From Candidatus Omnitrophota bacterium (GTDB taxonomy: Bacteria; Omnitrophota; Gorgyraeia; 2-02-FULL-51-18): DNA of 64,000 bases. The DNA lies in contig CAMDWQ010000009.1 in assembly GCA_945877765.1 (NCBI GenBank), forward strand, positions 7,409 through 71,408, written 5' to 3'. This document shows positions 37,350-47,397 of the stretch, in pieces. Position 1 is the stretch's first letter. Every line of letters begins with the position of its first letter. Both the position numbers and the translations under genes were made by a program. The notes below the pieces were generated by a model, which was given only the letters and a program-made list of their open reading frames with translations, was not told where the DNA came from and did not search any database.

Positions 37350-37483
37350 TGCCGTCGTCGGAAGCAGCGCCGCGCAAAGCCGGTCCCAGAAATCCAGGGA
37401 GCTTTGGCGGCGCCAGGTCCAAAAAGCCGCGGCGCAAGCAAAACTGTACGCCGCGATTAATAGGAGAGGCTTTAAAAGAATGA

Positions 37484-38056
37484 TTATTTATTCAACTTTG
37501 TAAATTTAGCGCCTTCAAGCGTCAGGTTATACATCAAGCCCGCCTGACCAAAAACAAATCCGACAATTGGCTCTTTGAGTTTGGCGGTATCTATTTCACC
37601 ACCCGCGCCAACGGTCACAACCGCGATAGAAGCATCCACACCGGCCTTCCAACCAGAGCTGCCGCGAAATTTCTCCAACGCGTCATTCTGTAGAAAAATA
37701 ACAATGATCGATTTTTTCTGCGCACCCAGCTGAAAACCGATAGAAGCCGCGGCTGTGCTGTAATAATCAGCCGTTTTTCCTTTAATTCTTAACGCTCCCT
37801 CACCGTATTCCCCGCCGATCCCAATACCCGCTTTGAGCACTGACGGAAATACCAAAACGCCTTTAGCGTCTTTAACTAATTTTTTCCCGCCCTTCACTTC
37901 GTCATAAAAACGCTCGAGTGTCGAGTCCACGCTGGCTTCGATTTCGGATGAAGATCCCGCCCACACGCTTTTGACATCCATGGACGTCAACACGGAAATA
38001 ATTGAAAAACTTAAAAGAATACTGCTTATTTTTTTTAACATTCCCATTTTCATCAA
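37484..38056 (-). CDS. SYLF/Ysc84 (DUF500) domain lipid-binding protein, secreted
   Basis: 190 aa with a signal peptide, then GVLVFPSVLKAGIGIGGEYGEGAL...GFQLGAQKKSIIVIF...SGWKAGVDASIAVVTVGAGGE typical of SYLF domains. Confidence 0.65.
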   Translation of the reverse strand: MMKMGMLKKISSILLSFSIISVLTSMDVKSVWAGSSSEIEASVDSTLERFYDEVKGGKKLVKDAKGVLVFPSVLKAGIGIGGEYGEGALRIKGKTADYYSTAAASIGFQLGAQKKSIIVIFLQNDALEKFRGSSGWKAGVDASIAVVTVGAGGEIDTAKLKEPIVGFVFGQAGLMYNLTLEGAKFTKLNK

Positions 38057-38084
38057 GTACCTCGTTTTTTGTATGTTTTATTCG

Positions 38085-38744
38085 TTAAGCGATGACGTCC
38101 GCGTAAATCTGAAATTCGTAATTTTTTACACTCGTTCCTGTTCTTACTTCCTGCATCGAAGAAATCAACGCATTTTTGAAATAAGACGAATGATTGATAG
38201 CCGCTACGAATTGAACCACGAAGGATTGCTTGGCTGCAAAACCCCTCAGCATGAGTTTATTGTTTTTGATGGAATGATTTTTAAAACGAATCCCCTCATG
38301 ATTCAAGCGGTCAATTTTGAGCAGCACAGGATTTGTCACCGCGGTGGAAATCTTCGGCGGTCTGGCTTCCCTGTTGGCCGCCTGCCATAAGAGCCCTAGG
38401 ATTAACAAGGCAGCAGCCAGCGCTGCCACACCAACAATCACCGCGATAAAATTTAAAACTCTGATCGATTTTTCTGAATCATCCTGCGTTTGTTGTATCG
38501 GACTTGCGGCCGTTATTTCTTCGATTAGCCGAGAAACCTCTGGAATAGGAAGCACGGCTTCTACGATAGGCAGGGATTCCACAACAATCGGCGCTTCCTC
38601 GATCCAAGGTTTGACTCGATTGACTGGCTGGGCAGTAGGCGTCGAAAAATCGGTCAGCGGATGAGTGGCCTTCTCCTGGGCGGCTTGGATGGGGTCAAAA
38701 ATATCTTTCAAGATCGAATCAGTTGTTTTTTTATTTTTTTTCAT
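38085..38744 (-). CDS. bitopic membrane protein with periplasmic alpha/beta domain, hypothetical (PilN/GspM-like topology)
   Basis: 219 aa with one central TM helix (VLNFIAVIVGVAALAAALLILGLLW). It is co-directional with, and overlaps by 4 nt, the upstream ParA-like gene. Confidence 0.3.
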   Translation of the reverse strand: MKKNKKTTDSILKDIFDPIQAAQEKATHPLTDFSTPTAQPVNRVKPWIEEAPIVVESLPIVEAVLPIPEVSRLIEEITAASPIQQTQDDSEKSIRVLNFIAVIVGVAALAAALLILGLLWQAANREARPPKISTAVTNPVLLKIDRLNHEGIRFKNHSIKNNKLMLRGFAAKQSFVVQFVAAINHSSYFKNALISSMQEVRTGTSVKNYEFQIYADVIA

Positions 38745-39886
38745 TGGAGAATAAACTTCGCCAGGACATTTTCCGCTTTGACGTTGAATAGCTGGTCGTC
38801 CTTTAAGATCACTTCACGAGCTAGGCTTCGATAATCGCGGGCGCCGCGCGCGGTGGGGTCATAAGTCAATACGGGCTCCCCATGCATCGCGGATTCTACC
38901 AGTTTGACATTCATATGAATGATACTTTCAAGCACCTGGTCTTTAAAATAATTGCGGATGGACTCAAGCATCTCACGGTTGACGCGGGCGCGTTTGTCAA
39001 AAAGTGTCGGCAAAATCAGCCCGTTTTTTAGCAAGGGATTTAATTTTTCCTGTATCGAGCGAATCGTCAAGAAAAGTTCCTTCATTCCCTCAATCGAAAA
39101 GTAATGTGTCTGGAGTGGAATAATCATCTCGTCCGATGCGGTCAGCGCGTTGACTGTAAGCGCGTTGAGAGCCGGCGGGCAATCAATGATCACATAGTGA
39201 AATGAATCTTTTACGGCCGCTAAATAATTGCGAAGAATATATTCCCAGTCTTTGCTTGCCGGGATTTCAACAGCCAACCCCGCTAAAAATTTGGAAGAAG
39301 GCAAAAGAGACACATGCGGTACTGCGGTTTTACGGATCAAGTCGAAGGGTGTGCGATTTTGATCTACAAAAATTGATTCGCGGAACACGTGGTACACCGT
39401 GCGCTCCTCGGGAGCCACACGCACCCCATAACCCAGCGTGGAATTGGCTTGTGCGTCGATATCGATTAAAAGAACCTCAAAACCCTGCTGGGCGAGCGCC
39501 GCCGAGAGATTGATTGCCGTCGTTGTCTTTCCACAACCTCCCTTTTGGTTGATCACCGAAAAAACACGGCCTCTTCTCTGAAAAAAATGTTCGTCGGCAA
39601 CAAATGGAATTTCAGGCTCGACCGGTGGACGGACTTTGGCTATTTTTTCTTTTTTTGCAGGTTTAGATCTTTTTCTGGCAACCGGTGCCGCCGCTACTTC
39701 TGGAGGAGGAGCCGCTGGTTGAGAAATTGCAGGTGCTGGTGCAGGCGTTGCTTGCGTCCGAGGCAAATTAGGGTTGGTAAACATCGGAGCCGGCGAATTT
39801 TTGGGAGCAGACGCCGGTGACCCAAAAAATTTCTTAAGAATATCGTTTTCAAAAATACTGGGCTTGGGTTCGGGTGTATCGGGCAT
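38741..39886 (-). CDS. ParA/MinD-family P-loop ATPase with proline/alanine-rich N-terminal extension
   Basis: Deviant Walker A KGGCGKTTTAINLSAALA preceded by an about 110-aa low-complexity segment (PAPAPAISQPAAPPPEVAAAPVARKRSKPAKKEK). Confidence 0.75.
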   Translation of the reverse strand: MPDTPEPKPSIFENDILKKFFGSPASAPKNSPAPMFTNPNLPRTQATPAPAPAISQPAAPPPEVAAAPVARKRSKPAKKEKIAKVRPPVEPEIPFVADEHFFQRRGRVFSVINQKGGCGKTTTAINLSAALAQQGFEVLLIDIDAQANSTLGYGVRVAPEERTVYHVFRESIFVDQNRTPFDLIRKTAVPHVSLLPSSKFLAGLAVEIPASKDWEYILRNYLAAVKDSFHYVIIDCPPALNALTVNALTASDEMIIPLQTHYFSIEGMKELFLTIRSIQEKLNPLLKNGLILPTLFDKRARVNREMLESIRNYFKDQVLESIIHMNVKLVESAMHGEPVLTYDPTARGARDYRSLAREVILKDDQLFNVKAENVLAKFILQ

Positions 39887-39943
39887 TAGCCTATTCCTTG
39901 ATTTGACCTCTCTAGGGCTAGACTAACACAAACCAACGCCAAC

Positions 39944-40014
39944 GTCATTCCCGAAAGTATTTATCGGGAATCAAACCTTAACATGATCCCCGATAAAAAA
40001 TTTCGGGGATGACA
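39944..40014. repeat. REP/MITE-like hairpin elements, two units
   Basis: GTCATTCCCGAaagtatttATCGGGAATCA aaccttaa CATGATCCCCGAtaaaaaattTCGGGGATGACA. Confidence 0.7.
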
Positions 40015-40058
40015 AGCGGTGTTATTCGTTCAGGAATGCTAAAGGGTTACGAAATTTC

Positions 40059-42170
40059 TTAGGGGTAAAACTTTTCACCTTTTTTCGCCAGATCACATAA
40101 ATAGACACAAGGCGCAAAGCGCTGGGGGTCGACTTCTTTTTGGAATCGTTCGAGATCTTTGACGATAGCTCCGATGCCGACAGAATCGGCATAGCGAAGC
40201 AGGCCCCCGCGAAAAGGCGGGAAACCGGTGCCCATGATCATGCCAATATCAACGGTGCCGGGAGAGTCGATGACTTTTTCTTCCAGACATCGAGCGGCCT
40301 CGTTGATCATGATGTAAATCATACGCTTCAGCGCGTCCTCATTGGACACTTTGGTTTTTAAAGCTGTTTTGAGCTCGGGATTGGGTGTCTTTTTACCGTT
40401 GTCATACACATAAAATCCTTTTTTTGATTTTTTCCCGAGAAGTCCTTTGGCTTTTACATCCTCTAAAACTTTAGCGACTTTCATGCGGTCGCCAAAAGCT
40501 TCCTGCAAAATATGAGCAACCTTGTAACCCACGTCAATTCCCACCTGATCCACGAGCTCTATGGGACCCATAGGCATGCCAAAATTTTCGGCAATCGCAT
40601 CGATATTCATCGAGGACATTCCCTCCTGCAAAAGATACGCGGCTTCATTCAGATAGGGCAGAAGAAGGCGGTTGACCAAAAATCCCGGCCTGTCCTCGGT
40701 CAAAATGACGGTCTTGCCCAGACGGCGCGCGAATTGCACGGTGCGTTCAATGGTTTCTTCCGAACTCTGTGCCGCACGAATCACTTCCACTAGCGGCATG
40801 CGGTTGACCGGATTAAAAAAGTGAAGGCCGATCACGCGCTCTGGATGGGTGCAAACTTCTGCCATTTTGGTCACCGGTAAAGACGAAGTATTGGAAGCCA
40901 AGATTACATTTTTATCCGTAAGCCCGTCGAGCTCTTTAAATACCCTCTGCTTAATCCCAAGATCTTCCACGACAGCTTCAATGATCATGCCACAGTTTTT
41001 TAGGCCTGCATTATCCAGTCCCACGGAAATCAAATTCATTTTTCGTTCAACTTCGTGTTTTTTGATCCTCCGGCGTCTTAAAGCGCTTTGAAAGATGCTC
41101 ATCGCTTCCTTCAGAGCGCCAGCGAGTGCTTTTTCGTTTAGATCTTTGACGCGCACGGGGATTTCTTTTTGACTGACCAGCTGGGCAATGCCGCCACCCA
41201 TGACGCCGGCACCGACCACACCGCATTTTTCGATGCCGTCGGATTTGATTTCAAGCTTCGTCCAGCGAAATTTTTTGTACTTCTCACTTAAGAAAAATAC
41301 TTTGATGAGATTTTTGGAAATGCCGGAAGTCCCAAGCTTTGAAAAATGTTCACTCTCCAGGCGGTAGACTTTTTTTCCTCGTTTGCCGTAAGTTTTTTGC
41401 AATAAAAGAATGATTTCAAACGGCGCGGGATACACTCCCTTAGTTTTACTGATCACGTCTTTTCGCGCTTGGTTAAACACGACCGAGCGGCCCATGGGCG
41501 TGTCTTCCAAAAACCACGTAATGAAATTTTTCTTTCTCGCAGGCCTGGGACAGCCTTTACGGACCATCACTTCGGCGAAGGCTATCGAATCTTTTAGGAG
41601 CGTCAATTCCGGGAACAACTTGTCCACCAAACCGGCCTTAAGAGCTTCTTCGGCAGACATCATGCGGCCCGTGATAATCGCCGGCAGTGCTTTCATGAGC
41701 CCGATGAGTCTGGGCAAACGGATGCTTCCGCCAAATCCAGGCAGGATGCCAAGATTGCTTTCGGGTAAACCGATTTTGACGTTGTAGGAAAAAGAAGCGG
41801 TGCGGTATTTGCAGGCAAGTGCTAATTCGTAGCCGCCTCCAAGACAAGCACCGTTGATCACGCAAAAGGTAGGGACTTTCAAATCTTCCAGCTTTTGGAA
41901 AACTTTCTTTCCCTCTTCAGCTTTGAAAAAGGCGTCTTCTTTGGTGCTAATCCCCTCAATCTCTTTGATATCCGCGCCCGCGATAAAAATACGTTTCTTA
42001 GCACTAGTAATGAGCAGTGCCTTCAGATCAGCTTGGGCGGAAACCTCATCCAACGTCAGGCTTAAATTTTTTAAATGCTCGGGTGTGAGGATATTGACCT
42101 CAGCATCCGGATGATCAAAAACTAAATTGCCGATACCGTTTTCAACCGAAAGTTTCCAGGCGCCGCTCAT
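40059..42170 (-). CDS. fadJ: fatty-acid oxidation complex alpha subunit (enoyl-CoA hydratase/3-hydroxyacyl-CoA dehydrogenase), FadJ/FadB type
   Basis: N-terminal crotonase fold, then NAD-binding VVGAGVMGGGIA and 3HCDH C-terminal domains. Start placed at MSGAWKL, an ATGA overlap with the thiolase stop. Confidence 0.85.
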   Translation of the reverse strand: MSGAWKLSVENGIGNLVFDHPDAEVNILTPEHLKNLSLTLDEVSAQADLKALLITSAKKRIFIAGADIKEIEGISTKEDAFFKAEEGKKVFQKLEDLKVPTFCVINGACLGGGYELALACKYRTASFSYNVKIGLPESNLGILPGFGGSIRLPRLIGLMKALPAIITGRMMSAEEALKAGLVDKLFPELTLLKDSIAFAEVMVRKGCPRPARKKNFITWFLEDTPMGRSVVFNQARKDVISKTKGVYPAPFEIILLLQKTYGKRGKKVYRLESEHFSKLGTSGISKNLIKVFFLSEKYKKFRWTKLEIKSDGIEKCGVVGAGVMGGGIAQLVSQKEIPVRVKDLNEKALAGALKEAMSIFQSALRRRRIKKHEVERKMNLISVGLDNAGLKNCGMIIEAVVEDLGIKQRVFKELDGLTDKNVILASNTSSLPVTKMAEVCTHPERVIGLHFFNPVNRMPLVEVIRAAQSSEETIERTVQFARRLGKTVILTEDRPGFLVNRLLLPYLNEAAYLLQEGMSSMNIDAIAENFGMPMGPIELVDQVGIDVGYKVAHILQEAFGDRMKVAKVLEDVKAKGLLGKKSKKGFYVYDNGKKTPNPELKTALKTKVSNEDALKRMIYIMINEAARCLEEKVIDSPGTVDIGMIMGTGFPPFRGGLLRYADSVGIGAIVKDLERFQKEVDPQRFAPCVYLCDLAKKGEKFYP

Positions 42171-43453
42171 CGATTTCTCTCCAGAAGGACTGCGCCGCCC
42201 TGGCCGCCGCCGATACACAGCGAGACGAGACCTCTTTCAAGGCCGCGACGTTTCATTTCTTTAAGACAGGTGAGGATAAGGCGAGCGCCGGTGACACCTA
42301 CTGGATGCCCTAGCGCAATGCCGCCGCCATTGACATTTAAAAGAGCGGGATTGATTTCGCCCATGGGTTGTCCCGATGGGAAAAACTTGGCGGCAAATTT
42401 TTTGCACGCCAGCGCTTCCACGGACGCCAGCACTTGCGCGGCGAACGCTTCATTAATTTCAAAAAGCCCGATATCGGACAAAGCCAGTCCCGTTTTTCTT
42501 AAAATTTTCTCGATGACAAATGCCGGCCCCAGGCCCATCTCGCTGGGCTCAAGCCCCACATAATCGTAAGCCGCTATTGTGCCAAGGATCTCATATCCCA
42601 ACGCCTTGGCCTTGTCTTCCTCCATCAAAAGAAGCGCGCACGCGCCGTCGGTGATCTGGGAAGAATTTCCGGCGGTGACAGTCCCCGAGTAGCGGTCAAA
42701 AATAGGTTTAAGTTTAGTGAGTGCTTCCATCGTCTGACCTTCGCGTGCGCCGTTGTCTTCGACGGCCGATTTATCAAAGGATGGCGGAATAAATACCGTC
42801 ATGATTTCTTCTTTTAATTTGGCACGGGAAGCGATGACCCGCTGGTGGCTTTCCAAAGCAAATTGATCCTGGCGCTCTCGTGAAATCGCAAATTTTTTGG
42901 CGACTACTTCGGCGGTCTGGCCCATGTTGAGGCCGCAGGTGGGATCCGTCAGCGCCATTTGCAGTGCCGCTTCAGGGGCAAAATGTTTGGGTCGGAATTG
43001 GGACATGACAGAAATTTTATCTAGGAGACTTTTTGCACGTTGGAGCTTCATAAAAATCTTCACGGCGGGTTTTGAAAAAACCAAAGGGGCATTGGACATC
43101 GACTCAGCGCCGCCGGCAATGACGACCTCATCCATCCCCACGGAGATTTTCTCCACCGCACTCGTGACCGCTTCAAAACCTGACGCACAGTTGCGGTTAA
43201 CGGTGTAAGCGCGTTTTGATTTGGGAATCCCTGCGTATAAGCTGATTACGCGCGCGACGTTGGCCGCGTCAATCGGTTGACCCACGCACCCAATAATGAC
43301 CTCATCGATGAGATGAGGATCAATCCCAGTTTTCTGTAATAGCTCTGTCACGCACAAAGCGCCAAGCTTCTGGGCAGGCATGTCCTCCAAAAGAGTCCAT
43401 GCTTTGATAAAAGGCGTACGCACACCATTCACAACGGCAATCTTTTTAATCAT
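42167..43453 (-). CDS. fadI: 3-ketoacyl-CoA thiolase (FadI/FadA type)
   Basis: 428 aa with the thiolase active-site Cys (NRNCASGFEA) and the C-terminal GHPVGVTGARL...CIGGGQG. Its length, and the order of thiolase upstream of the alpha subunit, favour the FadIJ type. Confidence 0.8.
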   Translation of the reverse strand: MIKKIAVVNGVRTPFIKAWTLLEDMPAQKLGALCVTELLQKTGIDPHLIDEVIIGCVGQPIDAANVARVISLYAGIPKSKRAYTVNRNCASGFEAVTSAVEKISVGMDEVVIAGGAESMSNAPLVFSKPAVKIFMKLQRAKSLLDKISVMSQFRPKHFAPEAALQMALTDPTCGLNMGQTAEVVAKKFAISRERQDQFALESHQRVIASRAKLKEEIMTVFIPPSFDKSAVEDNGAREGQTMEALTKLKPIFDRYSGTVTAGNSSQITDGACALLLMEEDKAKALGYEILGTIAAYDYVGLEPSEMGLGPAFVIEKILRKTGLALSDIGLFEINEAFAAQVLASVEALACKKFAAKFFPSGQPMGEINPALLNVNGGGIALGHPVGVTGARLILTCLKEMKRRGLERGLVSLCIGGGQGGAVLLERNR

Positions 43454-43552
43454 AAGAGCTCCATAACTGACAAGTATACACGCTTCCGATACGCAATTAA
43501 AGTCAATTATTGATAATTTTTGATTAATAAAATAGGTAAAAAATAAGACTTT

Positions 43553-43921
43553 TTAACGTGAGATGAGTTGATTTATTTTTAGAAGCAAATTCTGCATTTC
43601 AAAGGGCTTGGCGACCATGTAGTCGCATTTCTCAATAGCTGGATCGGCCTCCGAATCTGCCCCAAGAATTCCACTAAAGAGAATAATAGGAATTTTTCTA
43701 AACTTTTCATCTGATTTTAGCTTTTGGCAGACCGCCCAGCCATCAATCTTAGGAAGCATGATATCCATCAAAATAATGTCGGGAAGCGACTGGTGGACAT
43801 GTTCAAGTGCCTCGCCACCATCGTTGGCAGTAATGACCTCAAAACCAGACTTCCCCAGAAACTCTGCTAGGAGGGTGACCATCTCTACCTCGTCATCCAC
43901 CACTAGTATCTTTTTTTTCAT
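43553..43921 (-). CDS. stand-alone response-regulator receiver (CheY-like)
   Basis: 122 aa with DD at 9-10, the phospho-acceptor Asp in ILMDIML, and T/K motifs. Confidence 0.8.
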   Translation of the reverse strand: MKKKILVVDDEVEMVTLLAEFLGKSGFEVITANDGGEALEHVHQSLPDIILMDIMLPKIDGWAVCQKLKSDEKFRKIPIILFSGILGADSEADPAIEKCDYMVAKPFEMQNLLLKINQLISR

Positions 43922-44017
43922 TCAAATTTCTCCGCGTGACTCATCATGCCTTATCATAGATTATCATAATTTATCATAGATTACTATAGCTTGTGATTCC
44001 GTATAAAAAGTTAGTAC

Positions 44018-44049
44018 GATCCCCGATTAGAAATTTCGGGGATGACATG
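44018..44049. repeat. REP/MITE-like hairpin element, single unit
   Basis: cGATCCCCGAttagaaatTTCGGGGATGACAt, near-identical to the unit at 7878. Confidence 0.7.
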
Positions 44050-44086
44050 GTGGGAGGGTATTAAAGGATTCTATAAATAAATTTAT

Positions 44087-45925
44087 TTAGGAAGTCTGAT
44101 TGTGGTCTGAGATTTCAGAAATAAAAATGTCGCCGAATTCCTGGAGTTTTTTGTCCCCTACGCCGCTAATCTGCCTAAATTCGATAGCGTTTGCGGGTAA
44201 ATCGCGTGCCATTTGGCGCAAAGCCACATCGGAAAAAACAATATAGGCGGGGACGTTTTTTTCGTCCGCCAATTTTTTCCTCAAGCGGCGCAGTCGTTCA
44301 AAAAGTGCTTCATCGCAAACAATTTCACCGGACTTCTGCGCTCTGGGTGCTGTCGATGGTGAAGCTGTCTCTGGTGGCGGCAATAACTGTTGTGTCAACA
44401 CTACCGGCTGGTCCGAGCTTAAAACATTCATCCCCTCTTCCGTCAATTCCAACACACTGAATTTTTCGGCTCGCTGAGTCAATAAGCCTAGACGGACCAA
44501 TTCGCGGCCGATGGCGGACCACTCCCGCTTATGGCGTTCTTTGCCTATCCCATAGGTAGAGATGGCATCGTGCTTCCAGCGGCGAATTTTTTCGGTATTG
44601 GCACCGGTCAGTACTTCGACCACATGATTTAAGCCGACGCTAAAACCGCCCTTTTCACGGATACGAAAAACACAGGATAAAAATTTCTTCGCCAGCACCG
44701 TGCCGTCAAATGTTGATCGCGGGGAAAGACAATTGTCACACCCGCCGCAATTAGCAACGGACGTCTCTTCGCCAAAATAACCCAAGAGTGCCGTACGCCG
44801 GCAGGAGCTGGTCTCCGCATAATGTAAAATCTGGCGTAATTGCTCCCGCGCAATATCCCGCTCACGCGCTGCCGATTTCTGCTCAATAAATTGAGCGTAC
44901 TTGACCGTATCGCCCGCTCCAAAAAGAAGCAAACACTCCGCCGGCAGCCCGTCTCGTCCGGCGCGCCCTGTCTCCTGGTAGTAACCCTCGATGTTTTTTG
45001 GCAAATCATAGTGAATCACAAAACGCACATTGGATTTATGAATCCCCATCCCAAAAGCGATCGTGGCACAGACCACACGCGCTTCGTCGCGCAAAAACAA
45101 TTCTTGATTCTTACTGCGCTCCTCCGTACCCAACCCCGCGTGATAGGGTTTGGCGTCAATCCCCTGCTGGCTCAAACGCTCCGCCAACTCCTCGACCGAG
45201 CGACGGCTCTGGCAATAAATAATCCCGCTGTCCTGTGGGTGACTTTTTAAATAGTGATAAACTTGCTCATAAGCTTTCTGCTTAGCCAAAACCCGGTAAG
45301 TCAAATTGGGCCGGTTAAAACTCGCCACATAAATTGCCGGATTTTTTAGATGAAGCTGACGGACAATATCCTCTTTGACACGACCTGTTGCCGTAGCTGT
45401 CAGCGCCAAAAGGGGCACCTCGGGAAAAGCCTCCCGCAATTCGGCCAGGCGCCTGTACTCCGGACGGAAATCATGACCCCATTCACTAATACAATGCGCC
45501 TCATCGACCGCAATCAAGGTCACTTTCCAGCGCCGCAACTTTTCGACAAAACCCGGGAGCATGAGCCGCTCCGGCGCCGCATACAAAAGGCGGTATTCTC
45601 CCCGGTCCAATTTTTCCAACCGCTCCTTAGATTCAGCGGCATCCAGCGATGAATTTAAAAAAGTAGCGGGGATCCCGCTTGTCTCCATCGCATCCACCTG
45701 GTCTTTCATCAGTGAAATAAGAGGGGAAACGACCAGCGTCAGCCCGGAGCGCGCTAGTGCCGGCAATTGATAGCACAGCGACTTCCCGCCGCCCGTCGGC
45801 AATAAAGCAAACACATCCCGCCCCGACAGTGAGTCTTCAATGATTTCTCTCTGCAGAGGCCGAAACGAGCTAAAGCCAAAACTATGCTTTAAAATTTTTA
45901 ACAAATCGGTAGTTTGTGTCTTCAT
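44087..45925 (-). CDS. recQ: ATP-dependent DNA helicase RecQ
   Basis: DEAH-box helicase core (PTGGGKSLCYQ, DEAHC), an RQC zinc-binding region (CRR...CGGCDNC) and a C-terminal HRDC domain. Start taken at MKTQTTDL. Confidence 0.9.
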   Translation of the reverse strand: MKTQTTDLLKILKHSFGFSSFRPLQREIIEDSLSGRDVFALLPTGGGKSLCYQLPALARSGLTLVVSPLISLMKDQVDAMETSGIPATFLNSSLDAAESKERLEKLDRGEYRLLYAAPERLMLPGFVEKLRRWKVTLIAVDEAHCISEWGHDFRPEYRRLAELREAFPEVPLLALTATATGRVKEDIVRQLHLKNPAIYVASFNRPNLTYRVLAKQKAYEQVYHYLKSHPQDSGIIYCQSRRSVEELAERLSQQGIDAKPYHAGLGTEERSKNQELFLRDEARVVCATIAFGMGIHKSNVRFVIHYDLPKNIEGYYQETGRAGRDGLPAECLLLFGAGDTVKYAQFIEQKSAARERDIAREQLRQILHYAETSSCRRTALLGYFGEETSVANCGGCDNCLSPRSTFDGTVLAKKFLSCVFRIREKGGFSVGLNHVVEVLTGANTEKIRRWKHDAISTYGIGKERHKREWSAIGRELVRLGLLTQRAEKFSVLELTEEGMNVLSSDQPVVLTQQLLPPPETASPSTAPRAQKSGEIVCDEALFERLRRLRKKLADEKNVPAYIVFSDVALRQMARDLPANAIEFRQISGVGDKKLQEFGDIFISEISDHNQTS

Positions 45926-46036
45926 TGCTTCCTTAATATTTTCAACCCTCACTATACTTGACGACGGCACCCCTCTTTTTCGTCATAAAAATATCAAACT
46001 TTTTTAATCGATTAATGCCGCCTAGTGTCGTCGCAA

Positions 46037-46296
46037 CGTCATTCCCGAACACCACGCAGTGTCATCCCCGAAATTATTTATCGGGGATCATACATCACCC
46101 CACAGTGTCATCCCCGAAATTGTTTATCGGGGATCATACATCACCCCCACAGTGTCATCCCCGAAATTGTTTATCGGGGATCATACGCAGATTTGATTCC
46201 CGATTAAAACTCTCGGGAATGACGTAGGTGTTAGAGATCATACCTTAGTTTGATTCCCGATTAAAGCTCTCGGGAATGACGTTGTGGAATGACATT
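46037..46296. repeat. tandem array of REP/MITE-like hairpin units (about 6 units, both subtypes)
   Basis: Three near-identical about 46-nt units, acagtGTCATCCCCGAaattgtttATCGGGGATCATacatcaccc, flanked by TTCCCGA/TCGGGAA-type units. The 'spacers' are only about 11 nt and identical to one another. Confidence 0.75.
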
Positions 46297-47397
46297 AGAG
46301 AGAAGCGGTTGGGCTAATTCTGGGTTTTCGAGCAAATTACCGTAATAAAAAACCACACAGCTGCGGGGCTTGGCTTCTTCACAGGCGCTGAATTGCTGTT
46401 GGAAAACTTCGGGCGTCTTCAAAAATTTGTAAGTACCGACCGCGATATTCACTTTTTTTAAATCCACGGTATTTCGAACAGCATCTTCTAGTTGTTTTTT
46501 AAACTCGTCTAAATTATTTCCGTAGCACATGAGCGTCACAAAATCGACGAGATTAGTCTGAAGCCACGCCCGCCAGTCCTGAAAAGATTCTAGCGACGCG
46601 CGTGAGTAAGACATAAGCCCCGTCGTAGAAACTTGAATATTAGGACGAATCGAGCGCGCTTTCCGGACAATACGGCGGACAAGACCCGTCACTTGCGCGT
46701 ATTTCCATTGTTTCCAGGCGGGGCTGTCTTCGCTGATTTGATAGATCCCCGTCGACTGCTTAAAACGATCCATGTTCCGCTGGGTGTAACCATAGGAGGG
46801 GTGAACATCCGGATAGCGGATGTAATCCAGTTGGATGCCATCCAATGCGGGATAGGCCCGCACGACTTCCCCCACAATCTTGGAAAGCGTATCCTGCACC
46901 CGCAAATCACCCGGCTCCAAAAAATATTGATTATCAATTTTGTAATCCGCGAGTGTCTTTTTTTCCTGGAGATTGCGCGTGAGAATCTCTGGGCCGTATT
47001 TTTTTAAAAGCGGCGCCTCCTCATTGGTGCTCAAGCTTAAAAGGTTCATCCAGGCATGGACTTGGATTCCGTGGGTATGTGCCTTTTTGATGAGTAACGA
47101 AAAAGGATCTTCACCGACTTTTTTAAAACAACTCTCGTAAGGCGTGGAATCCGCTAAGGCTGAGGGAAACCAAGCGCGGTTGGAACGATAAATTTGGACA
47201 AAAAGGACCTGAATCCGCGCCTTTTTGGCGAAATCAACCAGCACCTCGATCGACTGCCGGTCCGAAAGAACCAAAGGGTTCTCAATCGCCGAGACAAAAA
47301 GACCCCGGCGCGGAACTTCACTTCCCTGCGCCGGAGCCAGAAATAAAAATAGAAAGAAAAAAAGAAAAGCGAGGGTACTAGCGGCTGACTCTTTCAA
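46261..47397 (-). CDS. putative lipoprotein of the glycoside-hydrolase-like GHL10 (DUF187/YngK-like) family
   Basis: 378 aa with a hydrophobic signal peptide, and a TIM-barrel-like segment GLFVSAIEN...LFVQIY...HGIQVHAWMNL reminiscent of GHL10. The stop codon falls inside the REP array. Confidence 0.5.
   Translation of the reverse strand: MKESAASTLAFLFFFLFLFLAPAQGSEVPRRGLFVSAIENPLVLSDRQSIEVLVDFAKKARIQVLFVQIYRSNRAWFPSALADSTPYESCFKKVGEDPFSLLIKKAHTHGIQVHAWMNLLSLSTNEEAPLLKKYGPEILTRNLQEKKTLADYKIDNQYFLEPGDLRVQDTLSKIVGEVVRAYPALDGIQLDYIRYPDVHPSYGYTQRNMDRFKQSTGIYQISEDSPAWKQWKYAQVTGLVRRIVRKARSIRPNIQVSTTGLMSYSRASLESFQDWRAWLQTNLVDFVTLMCYGNNLDEFKKQLEDAVRNTVDLKKVNIAVGTYKFLKTPEVFQQQFSACEEAKPRSCVVFYYGNLLENPELAQPLLSNVIPQRHSREL

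Noticed and set aside
45958-46227. ORFs 45958..46227 and 46025..46207 with repeated peptide PQCHPRNCLSGII
   Set aside because: They are translation artefacts of the tandem hairpin array. The repeat peptide simply mirrors the repeated DNA.
46037-46296. Possible CRISPR array (regularly spaced palindromic repeats)
   Set aside because: The intervening 'spacers' are only about 11 nt and identical between units. The repeats are hairpin-type REP units of a family found singly elsewhere in the window. There are no cas genes and no spacer diversity.
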